The notes under the pieces: model-generated
Seen by the model: only the letters and a program-made list of their open reading frames with translations
Database searches by the model: none
Told to the model about the DNA's origin: nothing
Made by a program: the position numbers and the translations under genes
Shown: positions 38,909-51,725 of the stretch, piece by piece
How the letters are laid out: each line of letters begins with the position of its first letter
Numbering within the stretch: the stretch's first letter is position 1
From: Eledone cirrhosa
Lineage: Eukaryota
Direction: 5' to 3'
Assembly (NCBI GenBank): GCA_964016885.1
Contig: OZ024743.1
Location: forward strand, 58,714,001-58,778,000
DNA: 64,000 nucleotides

Positions 38909-39004
38909 ACCTCCTGAGAAGCTCGGCTATTCATTTACCAGGATAAAGATTTTCATTTAGTTCAGAATTAGCCGTCGAAACGGCTTGAGCTCAGCCGTCG
39001 GGGT
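38909..39004 (+). ncRNA. Hammerhead-like motif, family D (CUGAGAA core)
   Basis: ACCTC-CTGAGAA-GCTCGGCTA...TAGCCGTC-GAAAC-GGCT tgagctc AGCC-GTC|GGGGT. Confidence 0.68.
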
Positions 39005-39121
39005 CCTACTGGTTCCTATTGCTCACTCTACTACCTCAAGTATTGAGAATTTTGGTGTGTTAGGGTCCATCTGGTTCCTTACCACATTTCCTTCGTTATA
39101 TATATATATATATATATAATT

Positions 39122-39204
<83 letters not shown>

Positions 39205-39206
39205 TA

Positions 39207-40487
39207 CTTGCTTTATTAACCACAGGGGTTTACATAAAGTAGACATTAAGGACAGTACAGGACGAGACAGAACGGTACAAATGGGCATTTCTGCGTGTAA
39301 AAAAAAAAAAAACAGGGGATGTAACAAAAAATAACAATGAAACATTCCCCAATACGGGGGAGATTCCCGAAGTACATTCGTGGAGAAAGCCCATTAAAAA
39401 GCCACAGTGACCATGATCACCAGGGCAAGTACCCTCTCCCAGTTTTCCACCTTTAATTTAGAGACACATACTCAGAGTAGACCCATTCACTCGGGCTATT
39501 CTTGCCTCTCTCACACATCTTTCAACAAAATGCTGGGAAGAGAACACTTCCCTCTCTACCCTGATTTTCCTTTTCAAATGAAATTTGAAAAGGTTAATCA
39601 CGGCATCACCGAAGAGGTAAGTGCTCGTCTTCAGCCCTTTCAAACATGTCCACCATACTATCTCTTTCGCCATGGTCACCTGACAGATAAAAACTGCCTG
39701 CCCTACCCGGCTAAAGGAAATGGGGCGGGGCAATCCTAACGATGGACTCAGCTGATAGCTGGAACCGTCCTACACGCGACAGCAGGTGTTCGACAGAAAC
39801 CCACAAGTCAGAAATGCTCGGACACTGGTCGAGTGCGTGCAGAACGGGTTAGTCGCTCTGCGCGCATCTCGGACATACCCGGCTGACGGCACCTCCATGC
39901 TTGTAGAGTTTATCCCGAACTGGCAAAGCTCCTCGTTATCACTGCCAGGCCAGGGATTTCTGGAAGTTGTCCATAGGCCCCGGCCCGAAAGTTCTTCCGA
40001 AGGGATTGGCTAGTCGATTTTCGTCGACGCCTAGATTTTCCCCAAGTACGTCGTCGTTCTTCCCCTCCACTAATCCTCTATAGAACGCCAAGGTGGAGTT
40101 TCCACCGATCACATTGCCCGATTGGTCGAGGGCTGTGAGCGCCTGAAGACATTCCAGTCTCCAAGCGCTCCCTCTCGGTCTTCGCTTGACCCAGGACTGC
40201 AGAACCGTCAAGGAGACGAGCTGGGGTAAGACGCGTCTAGCAAAGGGCGACCACACCTGATCACCGTCGAGGAAGAGGTGGAGATGTCGTAGCCTGAGCG
40301 CGGGTCTGCGCATCATCAGCCACGGCATTCCCAGCCCTCCACGTAGCGGGTGTTGACAGCAGAAGGACCGCCTGACCATTGGAGCGCGTCCCTTCCACAA
40401 AAAGCGAAAGAGAAAACGCTCCTGCGCAGTCAGGCAGGGCTTAGTACAAGGTACGACGGTCAGGCTGTATTAGATGACAGACGCGAC
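39207..40487 (-). mobile_element. 5'-truncated Tx1/L1-clade LINE embedded in (TAA)n
   Basis: FRFLWKG...QHPLRGGLGMP; LPVRDKLYKHG..VCPRCAQSD..VLHALDQC zinc knuckle; AATAAA near the 3' end; (TAA)n at 39123-39205 and 40488-40505. Confidence 0.82.
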
Positions 40488-41051
40488 AATAATAATAATA
40501 ATAATGATGATTTTTTACATATTTAAAACAATTGTGATAGAATAAGTCTTATTACAAATGGAACATAAGATAACAGTCTTAACTCTCAGGAAGTGTCGAT
40601 GCATCAAATTATGGCATAGGGCTCCAATATTTAATATTTAATGTTGTACCAGAAATGTTTTAGTCAGAAAAGAAAATGGCTAGAAAACAACAGCCAAATA
40701 ACTTCACCACCAACACCACCACCGCCACCGTCACTATCACCATCACCACTATCACAAAAAAATCTAGCAAAATACAAACCAGCACTATCCCTACAGTACT
40801 GCTACCCCACAACCACCGCTACGACTGCATCATCGCTACCACCACTATTCCCTCACCACTTAAGAGACGGGTGGTGGTAGTGCCGCTACACATGATAAGA
40901 AGCGAGCAAGGTATCAAAAGATATAAATAGACTGAGTTAGTGACTCGGTCAAACAGCTAACAACAACACCAAAATAATTATGTTGTATTTCTAAATTATC
41001 TCAAAATGTTTAGTTTAAACGATGTCAAATCTAAACTATAATATAATAATA

Positions 41052-41142
41052 ATAATTGTTTCTGCTTTTGGCACGGGGCCAGCAATTGTCCCGATGTGTT
41101 GCTGGTGCTTTGTTTTGTCGGCCCCGTAAGGATGAAAGGGAA
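41052..41142 (-). mobile_element. SINE 3' fragment (main family)
   Basis: TTGTTTCT.CTTTTGGCAC..GGCCAGCAATT...CCCCGTAAGGATGAAAGG. Confidence 0.7.
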
Positions 41143-41459
41143 AAACAAATTATAGAACAGAACACAGACAGAAGCAAACGCAACAACAAACACAAATTCC
41201 AAAAGTTTTGAACACAACAACCCCTACTTCCCTTAGCAGCAGCAGCAACAACAACACTAGTAACCGATGTTACTGGCCTTGAAAAACGAAAAATGCAAAG
41301 GAAAAAACAAACAAACCAGAAGAACTAAGTCAGACATTCAAACATTACAATGAAACATCTTTATCTATTTATTTGTTTATTTATTCATGTTCGTCTACAG
41401 CGTGATGGTGCCACGCTAAAATCACCGGTAGTTATGTCACCATACATTCACCTATCCTC

Positions 41460-44400
41460 GATATGAGTGTTTAAATATCGAACCTAAACAGTTTGAATAA
41501 CGGTGAACAGGAGACTGGAACGTTATGTGACAGACTCTCACTCAGCAAGTGCTCCCTGGCCCAGCAGCAGGGATCTGGCTGTCATCCAAATACTGCTGGT
41601 GTTGGAGGAAGAAGAAGAAGGAAAGGGACAAGAACCAACTGGACGAAATAATTGAATAGAACTGTTATGCAATGTTACCTGAAGAGTAATCCCAAGGAAA
41701 AAGGCTATAGGAAACGGATGCATAACATCTGGAAGGATATTGGTCTATTTAAATTAGATGAACAAAAATTGGCCGGGCAGGACCAGGTAATAAAACCTGA
41801 TGGATGGATAAGCGAGTTGGAACTGGAGGAACTAAGCAGAGAGATTAGGTTCGAAATGGAGAGTGGAGTATGCCAGGCAAACGAGACAGTGGGAAATGAA
41901 GGTGGAGAGGTTGAGAGACCGGAGGAAGCATCCGAAGCAGACAATGATCTGAATGCTGACATAAATAACATCTGGAACAAAGGTGTGGCCATTGAAGAAA
42001 TGAATGCTGACGGGCTAGTACAAGATTTGGTTGATATCCTAAACTTAGTGGTAGATGAAATGAACAATGATAGTGGGAAACCTATGAACCTCAGATTTGT
42101 AGACAGGAAACAGTTAAAAGAAACAACAGCTAAGGTAAACAAAGTCATCCCATACCTTGAGGCGAGGAACCTTCACAAATGCAACAATATCCTCAAAGCA
42201 ACAGCAAATGCGGTGAGGAAATTACTTGGCATAAACACGAGAGGAAACAACAAACAAGAAAAATTAGAACCTTGGTGGAATAAACGACTGAATGGTCAAA
42301 TCAGGGAAATGAGAAATGACATTGGAAAGCTTGAGTCCCTACTGAATGGGACACTACAAAACATAGACACTAAAAATAGACAGGAAATAAAGTACAAAAC
42401 TAGGAGGAAAAAGCTAAATATTATCATAGAGGAACTGAAGCAACGCATTGTAGCAAACAGTGCAAAGATTAGGCGGTATGAGAGCAGAGTCAGTCAGTAT
42501 AGAATGAACCGCATGTTTGACAACAACCAGAAGATGTTGTTTGGACAGCTTGAAGGGAAAGAAAGAGGCAACGACTTGATCCCTGAGGCGGAACAGAGTA
42601 TAACATTCTGGAGTGGAATATGGGAGCAGGATGTTGAACATAATGATCAGGAAGTGTGGATTGACACAGTACAAAAGGAGATTAGTGAACAAGCACACCA
42701 ACAAACTGATTTAAGTATCACAGTTGAAACTCTTAAAGGGCAGGCCAGAAAACTAACCAACTGGAAATCACCAGGCCCAGATGGTGTGCAGGCGTATTGA
42801 ATTAAAAATATAACATACCTCCACCCGAAACTGACAACCCTGTTCAATGACTGCTTGATGTCGGGTGAGGTACAAGAGTGGTTGACAAAGGGTACCACAG
42901 TCCTGGTAATGAAAGACCGAATCAAGGGTAATGATGTTACCAACTATAGACCTATCACATGTCTATCCGTAATGTGGAAACTGTTAACAAGCATTGTGTC
43001 TGAGGAAATCTACCATCACCTCCACCCAAATTGCTTGATACCGGACGAACAGAAAGGATGCCGAAAGAAGTCCCGTTGTACAAAAGACCAGCAACTTATT
43101 GATAAGATGGTAATGAGGAATTGCAAGAGGAGACACACTGGTCTTGCCATGGGATGGATAGACTACAAAAAGGCATTCGACATGGTACCTCATTCTTGGA
43201 TAGCCTAATCTTCAAGGTGGCAGATAACATCAACCAGTTGTTGAGCAAAAGTATGAAGCCCTGGGAAACAGAATTAACATCGGATGGAGAATCGTTGTGA
43301 AGCGTGAAGATCAAGAGAGGTATCTTCCAGGGAGATAGTCTGTCCCCTCTGTTGTTTATCCTTGCCCTGATACCCTTGACCATTATACTGCGAGAAGTGA
43401 GAACAGGATACAAGTTGGGAAAAGGAGAGCTTAACATGAACCACCTTCTCTTCATGGACGATCTTAAACTCTTTGGGAAGAGTGAAAAGGAGTTGTATGT
43501 ACTTGTTGACATTGTCCGTATTTTCAGCAGTGATATATGCATGCAGTTTGGTATTAATAAGTTTGGACTCCTAGTGATGAAGAGGGGTAAATTGAGAAGA
43601 AGCAACAGAATCCAGGTACCAACAGGTGAGATGATAAAGGAAATTGACACTGAAGAAGAATACAAGTATTTAGGTGTTCTGGAGGCAGATTCCATCAAGA
43701 ACAAAAGAATGAAGGAATTGATAAGATCTGAGTACATTAGGAGAGTAAGGAACGTATTAAAATCACGTCTAAATAGTAGGTATGTCATAAGTACAGTGAA
43801 TTCCCGAGCTGTGTATATTATTAGGTACAGTGCGGGAATTCTGAAATGGAATGTTGCTGAACAAAGAGATATGGATAAGAAGACTAGGAAGCTATTGGCT
43901 ATCTACAACATATTCCACAAGAGGATTGATGTCGATAGACTCTACTTAAAGAGATCTGAAGGTGGAAGAGGTCTTATCAGCATAGAGGACTGTGTTCAAA
44001 TGGAGAAAAACAACCTGCACAAATACGTGACCGACAGTAGGGAGCCAATGCTCAGAATTGTACTGAAGATGAGAACAATAGACAAGGGGATGTCCAAGGA
44101 GGAAATAACAACAAGGAGGAAGAGCAACCTTCATGAAAAATCCGTTCATATTACCTTCGTTGAGAAAACTGAATTTAGAGATCCACAGACACGGAACTGG
44201 TTAAAAAGAGGAGACTTAAAACGGTTGCAGAAGGAATGCTAATGGCTGCGCAAGAGCAGGCACTCAACACGAAGTGGGTGAAACACCATATTTACAAGGA
44301 GGAGGCTAGCCCAATGTGTAGGATCAGTGGAGGGAGAGAGAGGAGACTGTGGCTCACATTGTATCCGAGTGTAAACATCTAGCCCAGACTCACTATAAAG

Positions 44401-44891
44401 GCTGGACACGTGATGTGATGGGCAGGGTGATCCACTGGCACCTATGCAAAGTAAACAATTTACCACATTCTGAAAAGTGGTATGAGCATAAGCCAGAGTC
44501 GGTGATAGAAAACGATCAGGGGAAGGTGCTATGGGATTTTAGGATACAGACGGATAAGAAACTGGAACACAATAGGCCTGACCTGGTGGTTTTGGACAAG
44601 GAAAAAAGGTCGTGCCTGATTGTAGATGTGGCCTGCCCATTCGACACGAGAGTGCAAGAGAAGGAGAGGAAGAAAATTAACCGTTACCAGGACTTAAAGT
44701 GGGAGGTAAAAAGGATTTGGAACTGCCATGAAGTCAAAGTGGTCCCGATTGTCATAGGCGCACTAGGTACTATCTCAAAGAGTTAACAAGGATGGATAAA
44801 GAAAGTTAGTCCAGCCCCACTTTTTGGAACACTTCAAAAGGCATGCTTACTGGGAATAGCAAGAACACTCCGATACGTCCTGAATATCTGA
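41460..44891 (+). mobile_element. R4/Dong-type non-LTR retrotransposon (RT + CCHC + restriction-like endonuclease), near full length, inactivated
   Basis: CYLKSNPKEKGYRKRM..IW N-terminus; KSPGPDG, YRPITCL, DYKKAFD, GIFQGDSLSP, FMDD, GGRGL, HIVSEC, NRPD, DVACP, KINRYQDL; several stops and frameshifts. Boundaries are approximate. Confidence 0.87.
41652..44786 (+). pseudogene. RT-RLE ORF split into 41652-42800, 42855-43208, 43304-44242, 44349-44786
   Basis: Colinear motif order across the four ORF-track pieces. Confidence 0.85.
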
Positions 44892-44932
44892 GGCTGCAGA
44901 TATTCATGCTTGGTATACATTTTAAGAAACTT

Positions 44933-45465
44933 TCATGACTGATCAACCCCGGACCAGTCCTCTCTTCCTGTCCTGGTAACCTCTATTGTGACGGCATCTG
45001 ACCCCTCCACAATCACGCATCCCAAAAGCCACCACATATCTATTCCAGGTGGAATCCTGGGAATGCGTACTCTAGTTTTTCTTTTTTCCATGTGGGAGGG
45101 GTACATAATAACCTTGCTGGTTTTCAAGGGGTCGTCGAGTGCTTCAAAGTGAGGGCCTCCGACTTAAACAGCACCGACATGGTGACGTATTGTTGATCCC
45201 TCGCTACGTACTCTGTATCTCCTTTGATGCACCTCAGCGCAGCCTCGACGTCTGCTTGGGGAGAGTTTGTGACTCTTTTCGTCTCAGCTGAGATGCATTT
45301 GGAGACCAGAGTTCTCTTCTCCACCGCTTCTATGGCTTCTGCCGGGGCAATTAAGTTGGCCCAGGTTTGCTCCTGTTTGATGAGCTTCCATGCCTAGACC
45401 AACTTTGTTTCCTTGTCTGTCAAGTCCATGTTGAAGCATGGCCTTTTCTTGGCTCTGCCGCAGCG
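44933..45465 (-). mobile_element. Probable LINE ORF1 (Tx1-like) 5' fragment
   Basis: GC-richer minus-strand coding-like stretch ...KTRVRIPRIPPGIDM..., like the RRM-type T.V.I..IP motif of L1/Tx1 ORF1; weak. Confidence 0.4.
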
Positions 45466-45469
45466 AAAG

Positions 45470-45890
45470 TGTTCTTGTTGTTGTCGTTGGTGTTGTTGTT
45501 GTCGTTGTTCTTGTTGGTTTTGTTGCTGTTATCACTGTTACAGTTAGTTATATCGTTGGTGCTGTCGCTGATTATGTTCTGGTTACTGGTGTTAATTTCG
45601 TTGTTATTTTAGTTGCAATTGTTGCTGAAGCTATTGTTGTTATTGTTGTTGTTGCTGTTGTTGTGGTTGTCACTGTTGTTGATATACTTTGTTGTCGTTC
45701 TTTCTGTTGTTGTTGTTGTTGTCATTATTGCAGTTGTCGTTGATTTTCCTGTCGTAGCAGGTGCTGTTGTTCTTGTTCAAGAATCTTTTTTTACTGTTTT
45801 TGGTAATGTCGCTGTTGCTGCTGCTGGCCTTTTTCATTCATTGTTGCTGGTGCTGGTGTTGGCGATATTGCCTGTGTGTTGTTATATTTT
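45470..45890. repeat. Degenerate (GTT)n low-complexity tract
   Basis: Direct reading; explains the poly-V/L ORFs. Confidence 0.9.
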
Positions 45891-46221
45891 AAAATTGTTG
45901 TGGATGGAGCAGCGTTATTAGCCTCAAAGTTTGACTAGCTGTCGCAAGACAGCAAAGTCAAAGTTGGGGGGCGTGCCTCCGCCATGCTTTTTTTTTCGAT
46001 AAAAATTTTCTTTTACACACACAAAGTTTAAATATTTGGGCCATAAGGCCCAAATATTATGGGGAGTCCTTTCTTGGGGGCAAAAAGACTAAAGTCTTAT
46101 TTCCCGTTTGAAACAAAAATATTAATGACAAACTTATTTCAAACCGTTGAACCAAACAAACTTACGAGCTCACGATAGTACTCCATTCACTTCAACGACC
46201 AATAATAATAATAATAATAAT

Positions 46222-46408
46222 AATTGTTTCTATATTTGGCACAAGGCCAGCAATTATCCAGTGCATTACTGGTACTTTATTTTATCGACCCCGTAAGGAT
46301 GAAAGGCAAAGTTAACCTCGGCGGGATTTGTACTCAGAATGGCAAGGGCCGTAACTCTATGCGTCAAAGCATGGCGTCTGACCCTCTACCGATATTGCCA
46401 ATCCAGCG
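46222..46408 (-). mobile_element. tRNA-derived SINE (main family) with (TTA)n tail
   Basis: Near-full copy; A box TGGCAATATCGGT on the minus strand. Confidence 0.85.
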
Positions 46409-46847
46409 AATAATAATAACATTAATGAAGATGCTGATATTACATAAATCGTTTATTCATTAGAATTATTTCAACGGTTCTCCTATGAAATCAAGATGCA
46501 ATTCATTAATTTGTTGCTGTTATGATAACGGTATCCTCAGATGAAATTCGATTTTGTGTTTTGTTGACAGCAGGAAAAAACCCACACATCCTTCTGCCCG
46601 TGCTTCCAGAAGACATATGAATACCTGAAAGGGTCTCCCAGCCGTCGTGTTTACTGGAGTAAAGTGCTATCCACGTTTAAATTAGGGAAATCATGAGATT
46701 CACTCATCTCCCATGGAATTGAGGTCGTAAATCAGCAGAAAGGTAACAACTCAAGTATGCTATTGTTATCTGTATCAAACGATAGTATATGCGTAGCCAG
46801 AATATATGTATGTATGTGTATAAATATGTATATATATATATATATAT

Positions 46848-47469
46848 AACGAAGGAAATGTGGTAAGGAACCAGGTGGACCATAACGCACCAAAGTACTC
46901 AATACTTAGGGTAGTAGAGTGGGTAATAGGAACAAATAAGACCCCGACGGCTGAGCTCAAGCCGTTTCGACGGCTGAATGAAAATTTATTCTGGTATTTA
47001 AATAACCGAACTTATCAAGGGGTAATTCCATATATGGTCAAAGAGATAATCATCAGGATTGGTCACATCACAAGTTAGTAGTAAATCTGTGATGGCAAGT
47101 TGGTAGGGGAAGGGGTAGCTAAACCGGCCGGTAGGAGAAAAAGGGAGGGGGTGGAGTAGACACATTCATGCGTTGGTAGTGCCAGCTCTAGCTGGGTTTG
47201 AGGTCAAAGAGGATACTGGGGAGGGGGAGGAGGTCGAAACGGTAAGTAGAACAATGAAAGGTAAAACTATAAAAGGTACTGAGAGAGAGAAAAAAAAAGC
47301 AAAATCTGGTTACTAAGACATGTTTCTCGCTAGAGCTAGGCTAAAGAAATACATAAATAAATAAATAAGCAAATAAGTGAAAGAATAGATAAATAAATAA
47401 AAAAATTTCATTCAGTACAGAATTAGCCGTCGAAACGGCTTGAGCTCAGACGTCGGGGTCTTATTTGTT

Positions 47470-47474
<5 letters not shown>
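46848..47474 (-). mobile_element. ORF-less PLE family D insertion with inverted termini
   Basis: Homologous to 37478-37900 and 38970-39097; inverted repeat 46926-46987 / 47403-47474. Confidence 0.78.
46941..47023 (-). ncRNA. Hammerhead-like motif, family D (UUGAUAA core)
   Basis: ACCCC-TTGATAA-GTTCGGTT...AGCCGTC-GAAAC-GGCT tgagctc AGCC-GTC|GGGGT. Confidence 0.68.
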
Positions 47475-47505
<31 letters not shown>

Positions 47506-47506
<1 letters not shown>

Positions 47507-48220
47507 TAGCAGAATGGCCTGGCGTTGCTCGGGATTCTAAACATATATTGGCATGTTTATTCCTCCGTTCTGAAACAATACAGAGAAGTACGGAATACCT
47601 CGATGGTCTACATTTTGAGCTTATAAAAAAATTCATCGTAGATTACCAGGGGTTTAACTTAATCGGGTGCCTGAGAGTAAAATGTTCAACCCACGAAAGC
47701 CAAGACAGTAGGGGTAAGTAAAAAGTCATTCGACAAACCGAACATGTATGTGTTGTGCTATGGTACAATGGAAGAAATAGTTACAGAGCAGTAAGCATAT
47801 GGGACTGAAGTGGTAGAAAGCATGAAAGAATTTAGTTGGATACTTTTAAGGTGACAGTCCCTAACTCAACCAAAATGCTAAACAATGCGGTCCTAGGGCA
47901 AACATTTGAAATCTTTTTCAATCAGGAAGATTTGTGAAACATACGTAATGCATATGGAAAGTTTAAAAAAACATTGGTTGGGTACTTCTCGAGTTACAGG
48001 CCCTAAGGCAACCAAAATGCTTTAAAAAATCGGTTTTTCGCCTAATGCGATCCCTGGGACAAACAATGATAAAATATTTTTGCTCAAAACACTTTAAACG
48101 ACAGAAGTAATGCAAATTTTGAAGAAATCGCCTGGAATATTGTTCCATTATGCCTCATAAAATCCTTTAAAGCCTAAAATATGCGGTTTTTTGCCTAATG
48201 CAGTCCTTGGTGTATTGAAA
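47506..48220 (-). mobile_element. Non-autonomous Helitron, 3' part
   Basis: Minus strand GC hairpin CCCGAGCAACGCCAGG followed 8 nt later by CTAG|T; internal AATGCG.TCC.T.GG repeats. Confidence 0.6.
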
Positions 48221-48249
48221 TATATATATACATACACATATATACATAT

Positions 48250-49230
48250 AGATGTTAATTCAAACCACCCCCAAAATATCACAGATAATTTAGTGTCTCA
48301 CTTAGAATTCCCGATCTCTCAACCAATGAAGATATTTTTAGTGCCCCTTCCTCTTATTACAACGATGACCCTTGCCCGCATTGGCTATAAATAAAACATT
48401 ACCTATCTAGAAAACACCCCCAAGACGACATATGATAAATAGACATAGGCAGATTAGTAGGTACTACCTCCTCCCCCCTTCAACCGAGAGATTTCTACAC
48501 TAATAACTAGGACTTTCTTCAAATTGCTGAATAAATACTTCCACACACAACATAGGTGCTACACGATTTTTCATAAGAATACGATAAGACTCTCCTACTC
48601 CACTACACCTGAATCAGCTAGGAATATAGCCAACCTCAACACTGCTAGATTAGATAAGACTACTACCTCTGAATCCCACCCCTGGACGGGAGCCTTATGC
48701 AACTACCACAATAAGGAAGCGTGTCCACTCGAAAACAAATGTCTGATGACATTGTGTATAAATGTGATGTCATCCCCGGCATCGATGACAACAGCAAAAA
48801 AACATATATCGGAATGACATCCAACAAATTTAAGACCCAGTGGTATGCTCATATCCACTCGTTCAGTAGACCAGACAAAACCAATTAAACAACACTCACG
48901 GCTTATGCCTTGGGCCTCAAGAGGAACTCCCCATCTTTCACGCTCAAATGGAAATTAATACAGAGAGCGCGCTCATACAAGGGCGGCCACAAGTGTTGTG
49001 ACCCTTGTATTTCGGAGAGCTATGGAATGCTATTTGCCAACTCTCTGTACACTACCCGAAATCATGCATAAAAACTATGCAATGTATAAATCCTACAAAC
49101 GAGTTCTGCCCACAGAACGATAATTTCAAAAAACACCTCACTCGACATAATATCCCCTCACTATCCATTCCATCCCACACCCTACCCTCAATCTTTGCCC
49201 TCTTTCTGTTCGCCTCAGAATATTAAGGTT
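48250..49230 (+). mobile_element. Degenerate PLE fragment (thumb to GIY-YIG)
   Basis: VNSNHPQNI; IFHKNTIRLSYSTTP; CNYHNKEACPLENKC; TYIGMT; CCDPC. Confidence 0.8.
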
Positions 49231-49350
49231 CTGTAAGTACTCTTTACATACTTGCGTCTTCTACTTGTATAAACGTACATGTATGTATGAAAACGTGTGT
49301 GTACGCTTGTATGTATATATGCATGTATGCTTTTGCGTATATACATATAT

Positions 49351-49696
49351 ATATATAAGATCAAAAAATGGTTAAATGAGTTCCATGTATTTTATTATTT
49401 GCATTTTAAAAACAAATATCATCATGCAATAACATTTGTGTTTTCATCAGATAAAATAGGAAGACATGACCACAAGTGTTTTTAACCTTCATATCATGTC
49501 TTCCTATTTTATCTGATGAAAACACAAATGTTATTGCATGATGATATTTGTTTTTGAAATGCGCATAATAAAATACATGGAACTCAATTAACCATCTTTT
49601 GATCTTATATATTATGTATACTCCAGTCCTACAAACTGTAGAGTGCTTCTTATCCGATATCTGCATTGCTTTATTGTACTACAATAAAACTCACCT
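49351..49696. repeat. Solo PLE3-family pLTR fold-back: 119-bp arms (49351-49469 / 49494-49612) plus tail
   Basis: Right arm and tail match 35470-35713; left arm is its inverse. Confidence 0.88.
49505..49575 (+). ncRNA. Type I hammerhead ribozyme (PLE3 family)
   Basis: TATTTTAT-CTGATGA-...-GAAAT-GCGC-ATA|ATAAAATA; the antisense twin at 49388-49458 has GAAA mutated to AAAA. Confidence 0.87.
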
Positions 49697-49698
49697 CC

Positions 49699-49824
<126 letters not shown>

Positions 49825-49915
49825 GAACATTATTATTAATGTTCCATATAACCCATACGTACATATGTATATGTATGTATATATATGTGTGTAAGTATAT
49901 ATATATATATATTAT

Positions 49916-50524
49916 GTCAGGTCACCAGTTGGTGCTACTGGTAACATGTATCCCAGTACAACCTGTCCCATGGTCGGGTCGTTGGCGACTAAACTGGCAA
50001 CCCCACCAAGGTTTCTTGGTGAGGAGGGTGACTTTGGACATCCTGCAGGACTAAAAACAAAACCTGTCAAAGGGCAAAGGAGCTCTTAAGAGTCAATGGC
50101 CATCCAAAATCACCGGGAGAGATGACCCCTTAGCCTTTGTCAAGGCAGAATTCTAGGAGAAGGAAAACTCTGATATAACACCTGCAACCCTGATGGTATC
50201 CAATGATGTTGACTTGTTCTTCTTTTTGGTAAATATCATCTTGGTTAAGAGAGTGGGACTGGCTTTGTGCAGTGCCTTTGCTCACTATAAAAGCTTCACG
50301 GCACAGGCATTGCTTTATATCTGGAGATCTCTCTGCACTTGTCGTCACATGGTACCATGGGCCCAGCACTATGTGTCAGTAATTGTCACAAGTGTAGTGT
50401 TTGTACCAGAGTTTTCAAGTCGCTGGCTGGACTAAAAAGTCACACTCGTTCAGCGCATCGGTAGGGGTTCTCCTACATGGATATAAAGTAGTGGCCGTAC
50501 TCGAAAACGAGTTGGCAGCCACCA
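49916..50524 (+). mobile_element. ~610-bp non-autonomous RTE-derived element, copy 2
   Basis: See copy 1; 50387-50464 encodes HKCSVCTRVFKSLAGLKSHTRSAHR* (C2H2). Confidence 0.78.
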
Positions 50525-51682
50525 TATATATATATATATATATATATAACTATATATAGAGAGAGAGGTAAATAAATGTATTCTCTTTTCTCCTAGTTTA
50601 TTTTACACCTAATTCTGTTTATTTAACTGTATATCTGGGCGATTACACTGTCGAAATATTCAATAAATATTCCGTCGCAGCCGACGCGAAGGGCTAGTTT
50701 CGGGTATTTGTTGAGGATTTCTTCATAGAAGCCTTATTCTTATAGCCTGGTCTATTCGATTTTTATAGCCTGGTCTATTCGATTTTTTATTTTTTATTTT
50801 TTTTTCTTATATAGTTGATTATGCTAATTGGGAGAGGAAATGGTATATATTTTATCTGGTGATTCTATTGACATGTTTTATGATATATATATATATATCA
50901 TAAATATTGGTTTTGAAATAACTAATTAACCCGCGTGTGTTTTATATTTTACCCTTAATTCGGCCGGAGGATTATATTCCCATTTGCCCTTTATAACATA
51001 ACTTTCTGCATTTACTGCGGTTATGAGAAGCGGTTCTTATTCGGGTACAACTTCTGATTTAGCCTAAGAAAATATCTATATGCGTGTGTAATTTATACAA
51101 GCATGTATTTATTTTTTTATTTTCAATTGAGTTCTTAAACACGTCGGATTGATAATGTTTTCAAAAAAACTAATTAACCCGCGTGTATATTATTTTTTTT
51201 CCTCATTTCGTGGGTTGTCTCCCCTTCCCGCTTCGTGTTGCTATGATACTTCCTCAGTCAAAAACTGCTGGAATTTCAAATTTGGCGGTCATTCGAGGTG
51301 AGAGAGAGCTACTGTACGGACATGACTTTTGACAGCGGTAAGAAATTTGTTTTCTTATATCAATGTTTAATGGGCTTCCACTGACGATTTATAAGTGCCC
51401 ACCTAAATATATTCTTACATGAATATATATTAGGCTTCTACATAAACTGGAAACATTCTCCCAAACTTGTAGAAAACTTATAATGGAACAATTGTTTGGA
51501 AAGAGAGATATACTTTAACTTTAATTATATCTCATAAAATAATACAACTGGTTTTTCCACATTATACATATTGTTAGCACGCCAAACAATTAAATTGGGT
51601 TTATATTTTAATATAACCTAATGTTTGTTGAGTGAGATGGTTACCAGTCAGAGTTTAGCTTTAAACTATCTCTGTTATTGTA

Positions 51683-51725
<43 letters not shown>

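Noticed and set aside
50673-50697. Helitron 3' end (CGTCG/CGACG hairpin then CTAG|T)
   Set aside because: No matching 5' end or second copy in the window; too short to call.
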